Of a stretch of DNA of 64,000 nt, positions 55,674-64,000 are shown in pieces. Below the pieces are notes generated by a model. That model saw nothing but the letters and a program-made list of their open reading frames with translations, was not told where the DNA came from and did not search any database. This DNA comes from Holophagaceae bacterium. GTDB lineage: Bacteria; Acidobacteriota; Holophagae; Holophagales; Holophagaceae. Position 1 is the first letter of the stretch; the number at the start of each line of letters is the position of its first letter. Location: positions 578,140 through 642,139 of the forward strand of contig OZ019758.1 of NCBI GenBank assembly GCA_963970155.1. The letters are read 5' to 3'. The position numbers and the translations under genes were made by a program.

Positions 55674-56093
55674 ATGGCTCAAGAAAGAACGTTCGCGATC
55701 ATTAAGCCCGATGCTGTGGCTGCAGGTGTCTCCGGACAGATTATTCAAGCCATCGAGGATTCGGGTCTTAAGATTATCGGTCTTAAAAGAATGCGTCTAA
55801 CGACAACGATCTGCCAGGGCTTTTATCACGAACACATAAGCAAAGGCTTTTATGCTGAGTTGGAAGCATTCATGACAGAAGGACCTGTCGTTTTAATGTG
55901 CCTCTCGGGAGATGATGCTATCAAGAGATGGAGAGATTTAATGGGCCCCACAAATCCATCGAATGCTAGCGAAGGATCCCTCAGAAAGCGATTTGGGACT
56001 TCCATTGGACGCAATGCGACACATGGATCGGATTCACTTACTAGCGCAGCCTTCGAAGTTTCTTATTTCTTCAATTCCTTCGAGCTGAATTAA
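55674..56093 (+). CDS. ndk: Nucleoside-diphosphate kinase
   Basis: ERTFAIIKPD, NATHGSDS active-site His motif; 139 aa. Confidence 0.95.
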   Translation: MAQERTFAIIKPDAVAAGVSGQIIQAIEDSGLKIIGLKRMRLTTTICQGFYHEHISKGFYAELEAFMTEGPVVLMCLSGDDAIKRWRDLMGPTNPSNASEGSLRKRFGTSIGRNATHGSDSLTSAAFEVSYFFNSFELN

Positions 56094-57844
56094 AATAAAC
56101 TCTTGTTGAGCTCGAGAATCTTGGCTTGAAGTCCATCTATGGATAATTTGTGAACTTCTTTCGTTTTGCGATTACGAATTTCTACGATTCCTTCTTTCAA
56201 CCCCTTGGAACCAACGGTAATTCGATAAGGAAGTCCTAGAAGATCCGCATCTTTGAATTTTGCTCCAGGGCTCAGGGCCGATCGATCATCAATCAAAAAC
56301 TCGATGCCTTCTTTTTTTAGAAAAACTTCAAGACCTTCGACCACTGAGGAAGTTTCGGTATTATCTGAGTCTAGATTGAGTACATGGAAGTGATAGGGAG
56401 CAATCGATGCTGGCCAGATGATTCCATCTGCGTCATGGTTTTGTTCGATGGCTGCTGCAACTGTTCGGGTGATACCAATGCCATAGCAACCCATCACCAT
56501 TGGTTTATCTTTTCCGTTCATGTCCAAGAAATTACATTTCATAGGAAGAGAATATTTGAGACCTAATTTAAACACTTGTCCCACTTCAATGCCCCTAAAC
56601 GCCAGATACGTTCCCTCGTCGCATCGAGTGCATCGATCTTTAGCCTCTGCATTGCGTATATCGCCCCAATGAAGATTCTTGATGTCGCGTTCGGGTGTAA
56701 AGCCAAAATGATGGAAATCCGTTTTATTAGCACCACAAGTTAAACCCGTTTGACCTTTTAGTTGCTGATCCACAATGAAGTTGACTTGATCTAAACCGAC
56801 AGGGCCCATAAAGCCCGACTTGCATTGGGTCATAGCTTCGGCAGCTTTTAACTCTAGGGGCTCAATGGATTGGGCTCTAATGGCGTTTTTCATTTTGACC
56901 AGATTGAGCTCGTGAGATCCGGCAATCACCGCTCCCCAAACCGATTCAGAATCTGAATGATCAACCACTTTCATGAGGTAAAGCTTAGTAGTTTGCTCCA
57001 ACGGCATCCCTTGGGGATGGTCGCCGTCGACCATATGACGAGCTTGCTCAACTTGGCCCAAGATGCCTGGCGTAGAGAAATAAGAGGGTTTTAAGGGCGT
57101 AGGGTTTTCGTTAGTTACCGGAAGTAGTCGACATTCTGTTTTTTCTAAATTAGACGTATAGTCACAATGACTACAACTGAGAATGGCATCTTCCCCGCTT
57201 TCAGCTAAAACGTGGAACTCATGCGTGAAGGACCCTCCGATAGCTCCGCTGTCTGCTTCCACGGGTCGGAATGCCAAACCCACTCGAGTAAAAATACGTT
57301 TATAGGTCTCAAACATATTCCAGTATTCTTTATCGCAATCCGTGTCATCAACATGGAAGGAGTAGCCGTCCTTCATGATGAATTCTCGACCACGCAGAAG
57401 ACCAAAACGGGGTCGAATCTCATCTCTAAACTTGGTCTGAATCTGAAAGACGTTGATCGGAAGCTGTTTGTAACTCTTGATGGTCTTGCGAACCATATCC
57501 GTAACAACCTCTTCGTGGGTGGGACCTAGGCAGAAATCATTCTCTTTTCGGTCCTTGAACCGCAAGAGCTCCTTCCCATAGGCACCCCAACGTCCACTTT
57601 CTACCCAAAGATCAGAAGGTTGGACAAAAGGCATCAGCAGTTCTTGGCAACCTGATTTCTCCAATTCCTCCCTAACGATTGATTCAAATTTCTGAATAGC
57701 CCTAAAAAGCAAGGGGAAATAGCTATAGACCCCCGAAGAAAGTTTTAAGAGCATGCCTGATCGCATCATCAGTTGATGACTGACGACCTCGGCATCTTTA
57801 GGAACTTCGCGGTGGGTTTGGAATAAGAATTTAGATTGGCGCAT
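56090..57844 (-). CDS. proS: Proline--tRNA ligase (bacterial type with editing insertion)
   Basis: Class II motifs (FRDE.RPRFGLLR.REF.MKD.YSF, GCYGIG) and a C-terminal anticodon-binding domain; 584 aa. Confidence 0.95.
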   Translation of the reverse strand: MRQSKFLFQTHREVPKDAEVVSHQLMMRSGMLLKLSSGVYSYFPLLFRAIQKFESIVREELEKSGCQELLMPFVQPSDLWVESGRWGAYGKELLRFKDRKENDFCLGPTHEEVVTDMVRKTIKSYKQLPINVFQIQTKFRDEIRPRFGLLRGREFIMKDGYSFHVDDTDCDKEYWNMFETYKRIFTRVGLAFRPVEADSGAIGGSFTHEFHVLAESGEDAILSCSHCDYTSNLEKTECRLLPVTNENPTPLKPSYFSTPGILGQVEQARHMVDGDHPQGMPLEQTTKLYLMKVVDHSDSESVWGAVIAGSHELNLVKMKNAIRAQSIEPLELKAAEAMTQCKSGFMGPVGLDQVNFIVDQQLKGQTGLTCGANKTDFHHFGFTPERDIKNLHWGDIRNAEAKDRCTRCDEGTYLAFRGIEVGQVFKLGLKYSLPMKCNFLDMNGKDKPMVMGCYGIGITRTVAAAIEQNHDADGIIWPASIAPYHFHVLNLDSDNTETSSVVEGLEVFLKKEGIEFLIDDRSALSPGAKFKDADLLGLPYRITVGSKGLKEGIVEIRNRKTKEVHKLSIDGLQAKILELNKSLF

Positions 57845-57849
57845 AGATT

Positions 57850-58302
57850 TTATGAAGCCAGAAGTTGTGCAACAAGAGAGCTTGCTAATTTACCATCGTA
57901 GTTTCCTGCATATTCAGACTGCAAATATTTCATGACTTTCCCAAGATCCTTAGCATTTTGGGCTTGGGTGGCCTTGATGGCTGACTGAATAGCTTGACGC
58001 AACTCCCCTTCACTCATTTGCTTAGGTAAATAGATTTGAAGCATATCGATTTCCTCTTGTTCTACTGCGGCTCGCTCGTGTTGTCCAACAGACTTAAATT
58101 GATCGATGCTGTCTTGTCGAGACTTAACAAGTCTTTTAATCACAGCCAAGGACTCTAGAGGGGGGAGCTCTCCCTGGGGCCCTAATCCCTTAGCAATACT
58201 TTCGTTTCTGAGGGCTGATACCACCATGCGAAGCACTTGGACATGCATAGTATTTTTTTCGAGCATGGCTTTTTTTAAGTCGGCTTGGATTTGATTCAGC
58301 AT
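57850..58302 (-). CDS. GatB/YqeY domain-containing protein
   Basis: MLNQIQADLKKAMLEKN... a typical YqeY pattern; 150 aa. Confidence 0.8.
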   Translation of the reverse strand: MLNQIQADLKKAMLEKNTMHVQVLRMVVSALRNESIAKGLGPQGELPPLESLAVIKRLVKSRQDSIDQFKSVGQHERAAVEQEEIDMLQIYLPKQMSEGELRQAIQSAIKATQAQNAKDLGKVMKYLQSEYAGNYDGKLASSLVAQLLAS

Positions 58303-58385
58303 AAAGTCCCTTCGCGTAACCCACGGTCACGCTCTCTTTAGGTTATCCCAAGGACCTTAATAAGTTTCCAAATTACCCAAGGAAC

Positions 58386-58640
58386 TCAGATTTTATTGTA
58401 TTTAATCACTTCAACGGGGCATCCTGCCGCCGCAGCAATAATGCTGTCTTCAAGAGAAGTTTGAAGGTCTGAATTGAGTTCAGCTTTTTCATCGCGATTT
58501 TCTGATTCTACGCCATCTTGGCGGACGCCATCACGGATGGTACAAGTAGTATCCGTCACATGAAAAACATCAGGACATTCTGCTTCGCATGCATTGCAAA
58601 CAATACAACCTTCTTCGATCCAAACTGAGGTAATTGCCAT
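58386..58640 (-). CDS. Small ferredoxin (single [4Fe-4S]/[3Fe-4S]-type cluster motif)
   Basis: CIVCNACEAECP plus a distal GCP; 84 aa with an acidic central insert. Confidence 0.7.
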   Translation of the reverse strand: MAITSVWIEEGCIVCNACEAECPDVFHVTDTTCTIRDGVRQDGVESENRDEKAELNSDLQTSLEDSIIAAAAGCPVEVIKYNKI

Positions 58641-58724
58641 GTCTGCTCCTAGGACAATATCATTTTATCGAAAATTTAGATTTTTTTCTCATTAGTTTTT
58701 TCCAGATGGAGTCAAGATAACATC

Positions 58725-59630
58725 ATGGCGCAGTGGACAGAAAACTCTATTATTCAGAAGATGAGAGGCCTTCTGCCTGGCGGGGAATTATTAAACGATG
58801 ATTGCGGTGTCCTTCCGGTGGAATCTAGACAAAAAATCGTGGTCTCAACGGACTCAATGCAAGAAGAGACGCATTTCAGCCTTGATTGGCATCCCCCTCA
58901 CCTTCTCGCTAGAAAACTTTTAAAAATTAACCTCTCTGACGTTGATGCCTCCGGGGGTACCCCCTATGCGTTTACTTTCAACTTTGGCTTACCTCCTCAT
59001 CTTGAAGAGACGTGGATCGATACTTTTCTAAGAAGTTTGGGTGATTGCGCTCGCGAACATTCGGTTAAGGTGATCGGGGGTGATACCTTTGGAAGTCCTC
59101 GAGGCCTCCATTTGACTGCTACGGTTTTTGGATATGCTGATCGGCATTTGACCCGGGTGGGGATAGAAGTCGGTGACAATATTTACGTCGACGGCCCCCC
59201 GGGACTCAGTGACCAAGGATTAAGTGCCTTACGAGCGGGTGAACGCTGGGATTTAGAATCCACCAGTTCTGCCCTTTTGCAGCACCTGGATCCTAAAGTC
59301 AACATCGGGCTCGGCGTAGCCTTAGCAAAGATCCCACAGGTGCACGTTTGCATGGATGTATCTGACGGACTATCCAAGGACTTAGGGATTCTAGCTGAAA
59401 TGAACCAAAAGACGATCCGTCTCGTTCGATCCTTTAGCGATTCAGAACTTCACGGAGGAGAGGATTATCTACGATTATTTGCCTCATCGCTATCGTTAGA
59501 AGAATTGAACCAACGTTTCCCTTTTCCTTTTCAACAAATTGCACAAGTAGAGGCACTTCAGGGCTCTTTTTTGGTCGACTCATTGGGGGCAAAGGTTGAA
59601 AACTATACCTTTAACCATTTTCAAAAATGA
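58725..59630 (+). CDS. thiL: Thiamine-monophosphate kinase
   Basis: NDDCGVL, VVSTDSM.E..HF, NLSDV.ASGG, GGD motifs; 301 aa. Confidence 0.8.
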   Translation: MAQWTENSIIQKMRGLLPGGELLNDDCGVLPVESRQKIVVSTDSMQEETHFSLDWHPPHLLARKLLKINLSDVDASGGTPYAFTFNFGLPPHLEETWIDTFLRSLGDCAREHSVKVIGGDTFGSPRGLHLTATVFGYADRHLTRVGIEVGDNIYVDGPPGLSDQGLSALRAGERWDLESTSSALLQHLDPKVNIGLGVALAKIPQVHVCMDVSDGLSKDLGILAEMNQKTIRLVRSFSDSELHGGEDYLRLFASSLSLEELNQRFPFPFQQIAQVEALQGSFLVDSLGAKVENYTFNHFQK

Positions 59631-59687
59631 TTCATCCGCTATAAACTTTGAAACAGGCTCACCGCCCATTGAAGGCTTCTATCCTTT

Positions 59688-60284
59688 ATGAAATTACCCC
59701 AAGCCCTTGAATCCGTTGTTGAAGCCCTTCAATCCCTTCCGGGAGTAGGTCGTAAATCAGCCCAACGAATGGTGATTTCTCTCCTGAAAGATGGGGCTAC
59801 GTCAATGAGCCGTCTTGGATCGGTGCTCAGCGATGCTTCTCAAAAATTATGTTTTTGTAGTCTCTGTGGGGGTTTTGCAGATCAGAAGATCTGTGCGATC
59901 TGTTCCGATGAAAAACGGGACGCCTCTCTACTTCTCATAGTGGCTGAAGCGTCCAACATATTAACGATTGAGAAGTCTGAAAAATACAAAGGCCACTATC
60001 ACGCTCTTGGAGGACTCATTTCGCCGCTCAAGGGGGTGGGACCACAACACCTGCGAATCAAAGAACTAGAAGCCCGTCTCCTTGGTCATCCCTACCAAGA
60101 AATTATCGTTGCAACTAATCCTACTGTAGACGGTGAATCTACCGCTTCTTGGCTCGTCAAAAATCTTAAATCGTCGGGCATTACAGTTAGCCGCATCGCT
60201 CTTGGACTTCCTTTTGGAAGTGACATTGAATATGCCGATGAATTAACCTTGGGTCAGTCGATTCAAGGACGCACTAAACTTTAG
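59688..60284 (+). CDS. recR: Recombination protein RecR
   Basis: LPGVGRKSAQRM HhH, C4 zinc finger CSLCG...CAICSD, Toprim domain. Confidence 0.95.
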   Translation: MKLPQALESVVEALQSLPGVGRKSAQRMVISLLKDGATSMSRLGSVLSDASQKLCFCSLCGGFADQKICAICSDEKRDASLLLIVAEASNILTIEKSEKYKGHYHALGGLISPLKGVGPQHLRIKELEARLLGHPYQEIIVATNPTVDGESTASWLVKNLKSSGITVSRIALGLPFGSDIEYADELTLGQSIQGRTKL

Positions 60285-61062
60285 GAATTCCAAAGGGTTC
60301 GTTAAAACCTGTGCCTGGATCAAGCCATATCTTTTCGAGGGTTAGACCATGGGGTGGCGCAGTGGGTCCTGACTGAGTTCGATCCTTGATCGCAAGAATG
60401 GATTGGAGATCTTCGGTACTCAGTTTATTTTTCATAAATTCAACGAGGGTGCCTGTCAAAATCCTAACTTGATGCATCAAGAATTGGTTTCCATCGAACA
60501 AGACACTCAATCCCCGCTCATCTTCTATAACCTCAAACCGGTAGAGTGTTTTAACTGCTGATGGAGCGACGCATTCAGAGGCGCGGAAAGAACTGAAGTC
60601 GTGTGTTCCCCAGAAAGACTTGAGTGCTTCATTTGTTCGAGGAAGATCTACTTGAAATGAACCGGGGATATGCCAGCGTCGAAAGTTTTCCATGGGGTTC
60701 CTTAACCCTCCGAGTGAAAGTCGATAGCAGTAGCGCTTGGCGACAATGGCTTTACGAAAAGCGAAGCCCTCTGCCACGCCGTGCACGGTATTGATTTGAA
60801 TATCCTCGGGGAGATAGGCTTGGATGGCTTTTTTTAATATCGTTGGATCCCAATACCTTTCAGTCTTGAAAAATATTTTTTGATCCTCGGCATGCACACC
60901 CGCGTCTGTTCGACTTGCTCCCGAAGGAAGTCCAATAGTAGATTCTAGGTTTTTAAGAGAGCTCCATAGCATTCCCTGAATGGTCGGAAGAGCCGATTGG
61001 ACTTGAAAGCCAGAGTAATGAGTTCCGACATAAGATACGGAGGCTAGATAGGAAGAGGTCAT
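60274..61062 (-). CDS. truA: tRNA pseudouridine(38-40) synthase TruA
   Basis: YVGTHYSGFQVQ, GASRTDAGVHA catalytic Asp motif, HQVR. Confidence 0.9.
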   Translation of the reverse strand: MTSSYLASVSYVGTHYSGFQVQSALPTIQGMLWSSLKNLESTIGLPSGASRTDAGVHAEDQKIFFKTERYWDPTILKKAIQAYLPEDIQINTVHGVAEGFAFRKAIVAKRYCYRLSLGGLRNPMENFRRWHIPGSFQVDLPRTNEALKSFWGTHDFSSFRASECVAPSAVKTLYRFEVIEDERGLSVLFDGNQFLMHQVRILTGTLVEFMKNKLSTEDLQSILAIKDRTQSGPTAPPHGLTLEKIWLDPGTGFNEPFGIPKV

Positions 61063-61103
61063 TTAAGAAGTTTACAAAGAAGCAGTCACAATACTATATA
61101 TCT

Positions 61104-61916
61104 ATGGTTGATCAGAAACCCACTGCCGTCTGCTTTAGCGGTCTAGACCCCTCAGGAGGTGCTGGGCTTCTCAGGGACCTCTCTGTTCTTTATAGCCATC
61201 AAATCTACGTCATGGCAATTCTGACATCCGAAACTGTTCAAAGTAGTGACGAATGTTTTGAAATCCAAAGCCCTACGTGTGCCCCCTCATCTATCTTCTC
61301 GAGCCTAGCCCCTACGTTGCCCAAAACTTGGGGAGCGAAATTAGGGCTTATGGCTATTTCGGTGGATGAGTTATCCCGATTAATGAAAGAACTTAAGCAA
61401 TCGCCGCCTCAATATTTGATCTGGGATCCAATCTCAGGTCCCACACAAGGCGTGGGCCTTCATACAGGGGAGAGCCTTCGCAATATGGCTAAACAGATCG
61501 GCTCAGCCCGAACTCAAGGCTACGATTGGGTGATTAGTCCCAATTGGGATGAATTTATGGCTCTCACTTCGGCCACGACTTCAATGCAAGCAGAGGAGTT
61601 AATCCATGCGTCAAAACCGATTCTAGATTATGGTTTTTCGAGTCTATGGCTGAAGGGGGGGCACGGAACAGACGACCAGATTAGGGACTATTGGATTACT
61701 AGTAGCGAGTGTCATTTGATAGCCTCGCATGGGCGAAGTCAGATTAAACCAAGGGGCACAGGATGCTACTTATCTTCCTCCTGGTTAGCCTATCGACTCG
61801 AAGGCATGAATGGATTTGAATCTGCCCGCCAATCGGCACAGGATCTTCAAAATGTGTGGCTAACTTCTGATGTGCTGCCTGGATCCACCAGACCTATTTT
61901 AGGACTTAAGAAATAA
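61104..61916 (+). CDS. Hydroxymethylpyrimidine/phosphomethylpyrimidine kinase-like (ThiD/PfkB fold)
   Basis: SGLDPSGGAGLLRD N-terminus, LKGGH, GTGC motifs. Rather divergent. Confidence 0.6.
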   Translation: MVDQKPTAVCFSGLDPSGGAGLLRDLSVLYSHQIYVMAILTSETVQSSDECFEIQSPTCAPSSIFSSLAPTLPKTWGAKLGLMAISVDELSRLMKELKQSPPQYLIWDPISGPTQGVGLHTGESLRNMAKQIGSARTQGYDWVISPNWDEFMALTSATTSMQAEELIHASKPILDYGFSSLWLKGGHGTDDQIRDYWITSSECHLIASHGRSQIKPRGTGCYLSSSWLAYRLEGMNGFESARQSAQDLQNVWLTSDVLPGSTRPILGLKK

Positions 61917-62906
61917 TTATTCTTGAAGCGCAGGAGCGTGCTTTAACTCCTCAATGTCTTGGATTAATTGACTCGCATCATGACAACTATTAAGTTTTTG
62001 CCTAAACTTGACCCCCCCAGGCAAACCCTTTGTGAACCATGAGCCGATCTTTTTAATCTTATGGAGAGCCTCGCGAGGCTCCAAAAGTTCCATAAGAATG
62101 TTGAGAAACCGAGTCATGGCTTGGATTCGCATTTCCGAAGTGACCCTGAGTGTTGGATCGAGGATCTGTTGAAAAATAAATGGGTTATAAAGAGCTCCGC
62201 GACCAATCATGACAGCCTGACATCCTGTTTCTCGGTGCATTCGATACGCATCCTCGGGAGTAATTACGTCTCCGTTGCCAATGATCGGGAAAGCCATTTG
62301 TGATTCAACTGCAGTACGAATAATGGTCCAATCGGCTGAACCCTCATATTGTTGGGCTTTTGTTCTAGGGTGAATGGCTACAGCTTGAACGCCGACAGCT
62401 TCAAACATCTTTAGGAAATCAAGAAACTCAGAGCGATCTTTTTGGGACTGGTCCCACCCGGCACGCATCTTCACTGTGATGGGCACTGAAACCGATCGAG
62501 CCATAGCCGTTAAGCATCTCTCGGCTAATTTAATATCTTTAAGAAGCGCCGACCCGGCTCCTCCACTGGTCACATTACTGGCGGGACACCCCATGTTCAA
62601 GTCCACAAAATTCGCGCCAGAGGATTCGCATATTTGAGATGCAGTTTCTAGGACCTCAGGAGAACTACCTGCAATTTGCATCGAGAGTGGTCGATCTTCC
62701 GAACCAGCCATCATCCGTTCAGCTTTTCGGGCTTTTCGGATCAAGGCTTCTGAACTGATCATCTCACTCACGACTAAACTTGGCCCGCCGATCTCTCGTA
62801 TGAAACGTCGAAAGGGCTGGTCTGTTATTTCGTGAAGGGGTGCCATCACGAGCTGTGGAGACAAAGAAGTTGTCGCGATCTTGAACGAATCGAAGGGGAA
62901 GGCCAC
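61917..62906 (-). CDS. tRNA-dihydrouridine synthase
   Basis: MAPLHEITDQPFR, DLNMGCP catalytic Cys, HPRT, GNGD motifs; 329 aa. Confidence 0.85.
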   Translation of the reverse strand: MAFPFDSFKIATTSLSPQLVMAPLHEITDQPFRRFIREIGGPSLVVSEMISSEALIRKARKAERMMAGSEDRPLSMQIAGSSPEVLETASQICESSGANFVDLNMGCPASNVTSGGAGSALLKDIKLAERCLTAMARSVSVPITVKMRAGWDQSQKDRSEFLDFLKMFEAVGVQAVAIHPRTKAQQYEGSADWTIIRTAVESQMAFPIIGNGDVITPEDAYRMHRETGCQAVMIGRGALYNPFIFQQILDPTLRVTSEMRIQAMTRFLNILMELLEPREALHKIKKIGSWFTKGLPGGVKFRQKLNSCHDASQLIQDIEELKHAPALQE

Positions 62907-63089
62907 GCAGCACCGAAGGAATATAAAGATTATTGTTGCAGAGCATAACGAGTTTTAACAATGACTCAGCAGAGGTAGGCACGAGACTTTAACTCAATAA
63001 TTGAGAATACATGAGAGACTAGTAGGAAGCAGCCAAGCCTAACGCCTGACACTAATGTACAGGGTGAACTTGGATGGGTTGGAGTTGAA

Positions 63090-64000
63090 TTGAGCACTAT
63101 TACGTTTATCGAATTAGGTTGCAAGGAGCCTTTTCTATCAATTTTAAATCGGCGCGGGTTTACTAATCCCTTACCTGTTCAGGCGTCAACCTTCGAAATG
63201 GCGCTCTTGGGCCGAGATGTTCTTGTCCAAAGTCAGACGGGCTCAGGTAAAACTTTAGCGTATGCCCTTCCTCTTCTGCATCGTGGGCATCCTGCTTCTA
63301 AGCCCCAAACCATTGTATTAACGCCTACTCGAGAACTAGCCCAGCAAGTTCATGCTGAGGTCAAGATACTCCAACCGAATATCCCGATTGCTCTTCTGGT
63401 TGGAGGAGTTTCGTATGTTCCTCAACTAAAGGCGCTTTCAACAGGCGCTTCTTTTATCGTGGGGACACCTGGTCGTGTTCTCGACCATGTTGAAAGAGGA
63501 ACACTCAAACTGGCTGACATCAAACATATTGTCTTAGACGAGTGCGATGAGATGCTCAACGTCGGTTTCTTAGGCGATGTGGAGAAAATCCTAACTAAAA
63601 TCAAAGGCAAACCCCAAATTCTTCTCTTTTCAGCAACTCTGCCTCTTCCCATCAAAAAACTATCAAACCGATTCCTAAAAGACCCTTTTCTCTTCAATCA
63701 GGCCACTGAAGCGAGCACTGGAAGCCACATAGACATTGAACATACGCCCATACAAGTAGAAGATAGGCAACAAGTCCATGCCATCGTAAACTTGGTGGCC
63801 CATGATCAACCTCATGCTGCGCTAATTTTTTGCAAAACAAAACATAAATGCGAACAAGTCTCTGATGAATTAAATGCATTAGGGCTTAGTGCGGCCTTTC
63901 TTCACGGAGATTTAAAACAGAATTCTCGAACCCGTGTCTTGGATAAGTTTAAACATCGTAAATTGAAATACCTAGTGGCTACCGATGTTGCCGCAAGAGG
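63090..64000 (+). CDS. DEAD-box family ATP-dependent RNA helicase (motif II is DECD); partial, continues beyond the right edge
   Basis: Absent from the ORF track (open at the edge). Hand translation: FIELG...GFTNPLPVQA (Q motif), SQTGSGKTLAY (motif I), TPTRELA (Ia), VGTPGR, LDECDEML (II), SAT (III). The first in-frame start after stop 63024-26 is TTG at 63090. Confidence 0.85.
   Translation, partial: MSTITFIELGCKEPFLSILNRRGFTNPLPVQASTFEMALLGRDVLVQSQTGSGKTLAYALPLLHRGHPASKPQTIVLTPTRELAQQVHAEVKILQPNIPIALLVGGVSYVPQLKALSTGASFIVGTPGRVLDHVERGTLKLADIKHIVLDECDEMLNVGFLGDVEKILTKIKGKPQILLFSATLPLPIKKLSNRFLKDPFLFNQATEASTGSHIDIEHTPIQVEDRQQVHAIVNLVAHDQPHAALIFCKTKHKCEQVSDELNALGLSAAFLHGDLKQNSRTRVLDKFKHRKLKYLVATDVAAR

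Noticed and set aside
63025-63037. GGAAGCAGCCAAG, identical to the conserved 3' half of SRP (4.5S) RNA domain IV.
   Set aside because: There is no GNRA tetraloop and no complementary GGUCAGGUCC-like 5' strand upstream. The flanks also cannot form the long SRP hairpin. It is probably a coincidence within the helicase 5' region. Rfam cmscan would settle it.
1-64000. I looked for CRISPR arrays, IS elements or transposases, prophage or integron modules, rRNA, tmRNA and RNase P RNA.
   Set aside because: There are no spacer-repeat periodicity and no transposase, phage or Cas-like ORFs. Every intergenic gap is 266 nt or shorter, too small for rRNA, tmRNA or RNase P. The only recombinase is a chromosomal XerC/D-type enzyme.

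Overview
Gene-dense 64-kb chromosomal segment of a diderm bacterium (lpxC, rlpA, mltG and ArnT-type genes are present). I cannot assign a taxon from sequence alone. I call 66 protein-coding genes and one tRNA-Lys(CTT). Two of the genes run off the window edges and are therefore missing from the ORF track. I found no rRNA, CRISPR array, IS element, prophage or integron. The largest non-coding gap is 266 nt.

Content is mostly housekeeping:
- Translation and tRNA: tyrS, trpS, proS, tilS, truA, dus, cca, arfB.
- Envelope: lpxC, rlpA, mltG, glmM, plsY, gpsA.
- MEP pathway: ispD, ispF.
- Other core functions: secA, ftsH, ruvB, recR, ndk, class II RNR nrdJ, feoAB, thiL and a thiD-like gene, pdxJ, folP.

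Genes are tightly packed. Many show 4-nt start/stop overlaps (ATGA, GTGA, TTGA), and TTG or GTG starts are frequent.

No clear-cut novel system is evident. The items most worth a second look are:
1. A lipid-A/envelope glycosylation cluster with a stand-alone ArnA-type decarboxylase, two ArnT-like transferases, an ArnE-like protein and an embedded yhhQ.
2. A low-molecular-weight-thiol/redox neighbourhood (CDGSH protein, DinB-family protein, an unusually short BshC-like protein, BshB).
3. A tandem pair of strongly signalled 71-72 aa membrane-protein paralogs of unknown family, whose 5' flanks are also duplicated.
4. A 1-nt frameshift in the normally essential tilS.
5. Two adjacent DnaA boxes upstream of a small Fis-type HTH gene.
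6. A GC-rich structured island in the long nrdJ leader.
7. A GNAT-CCA-AlkB operon next to arfB and tRNA-Lys.
8. A TrpRS carrying a Cys4 motif like that of the Fe-S TrpRS of Thermotoga.

All functional calls rest on motif recognition by eye in the supplied translations. No database search was run.
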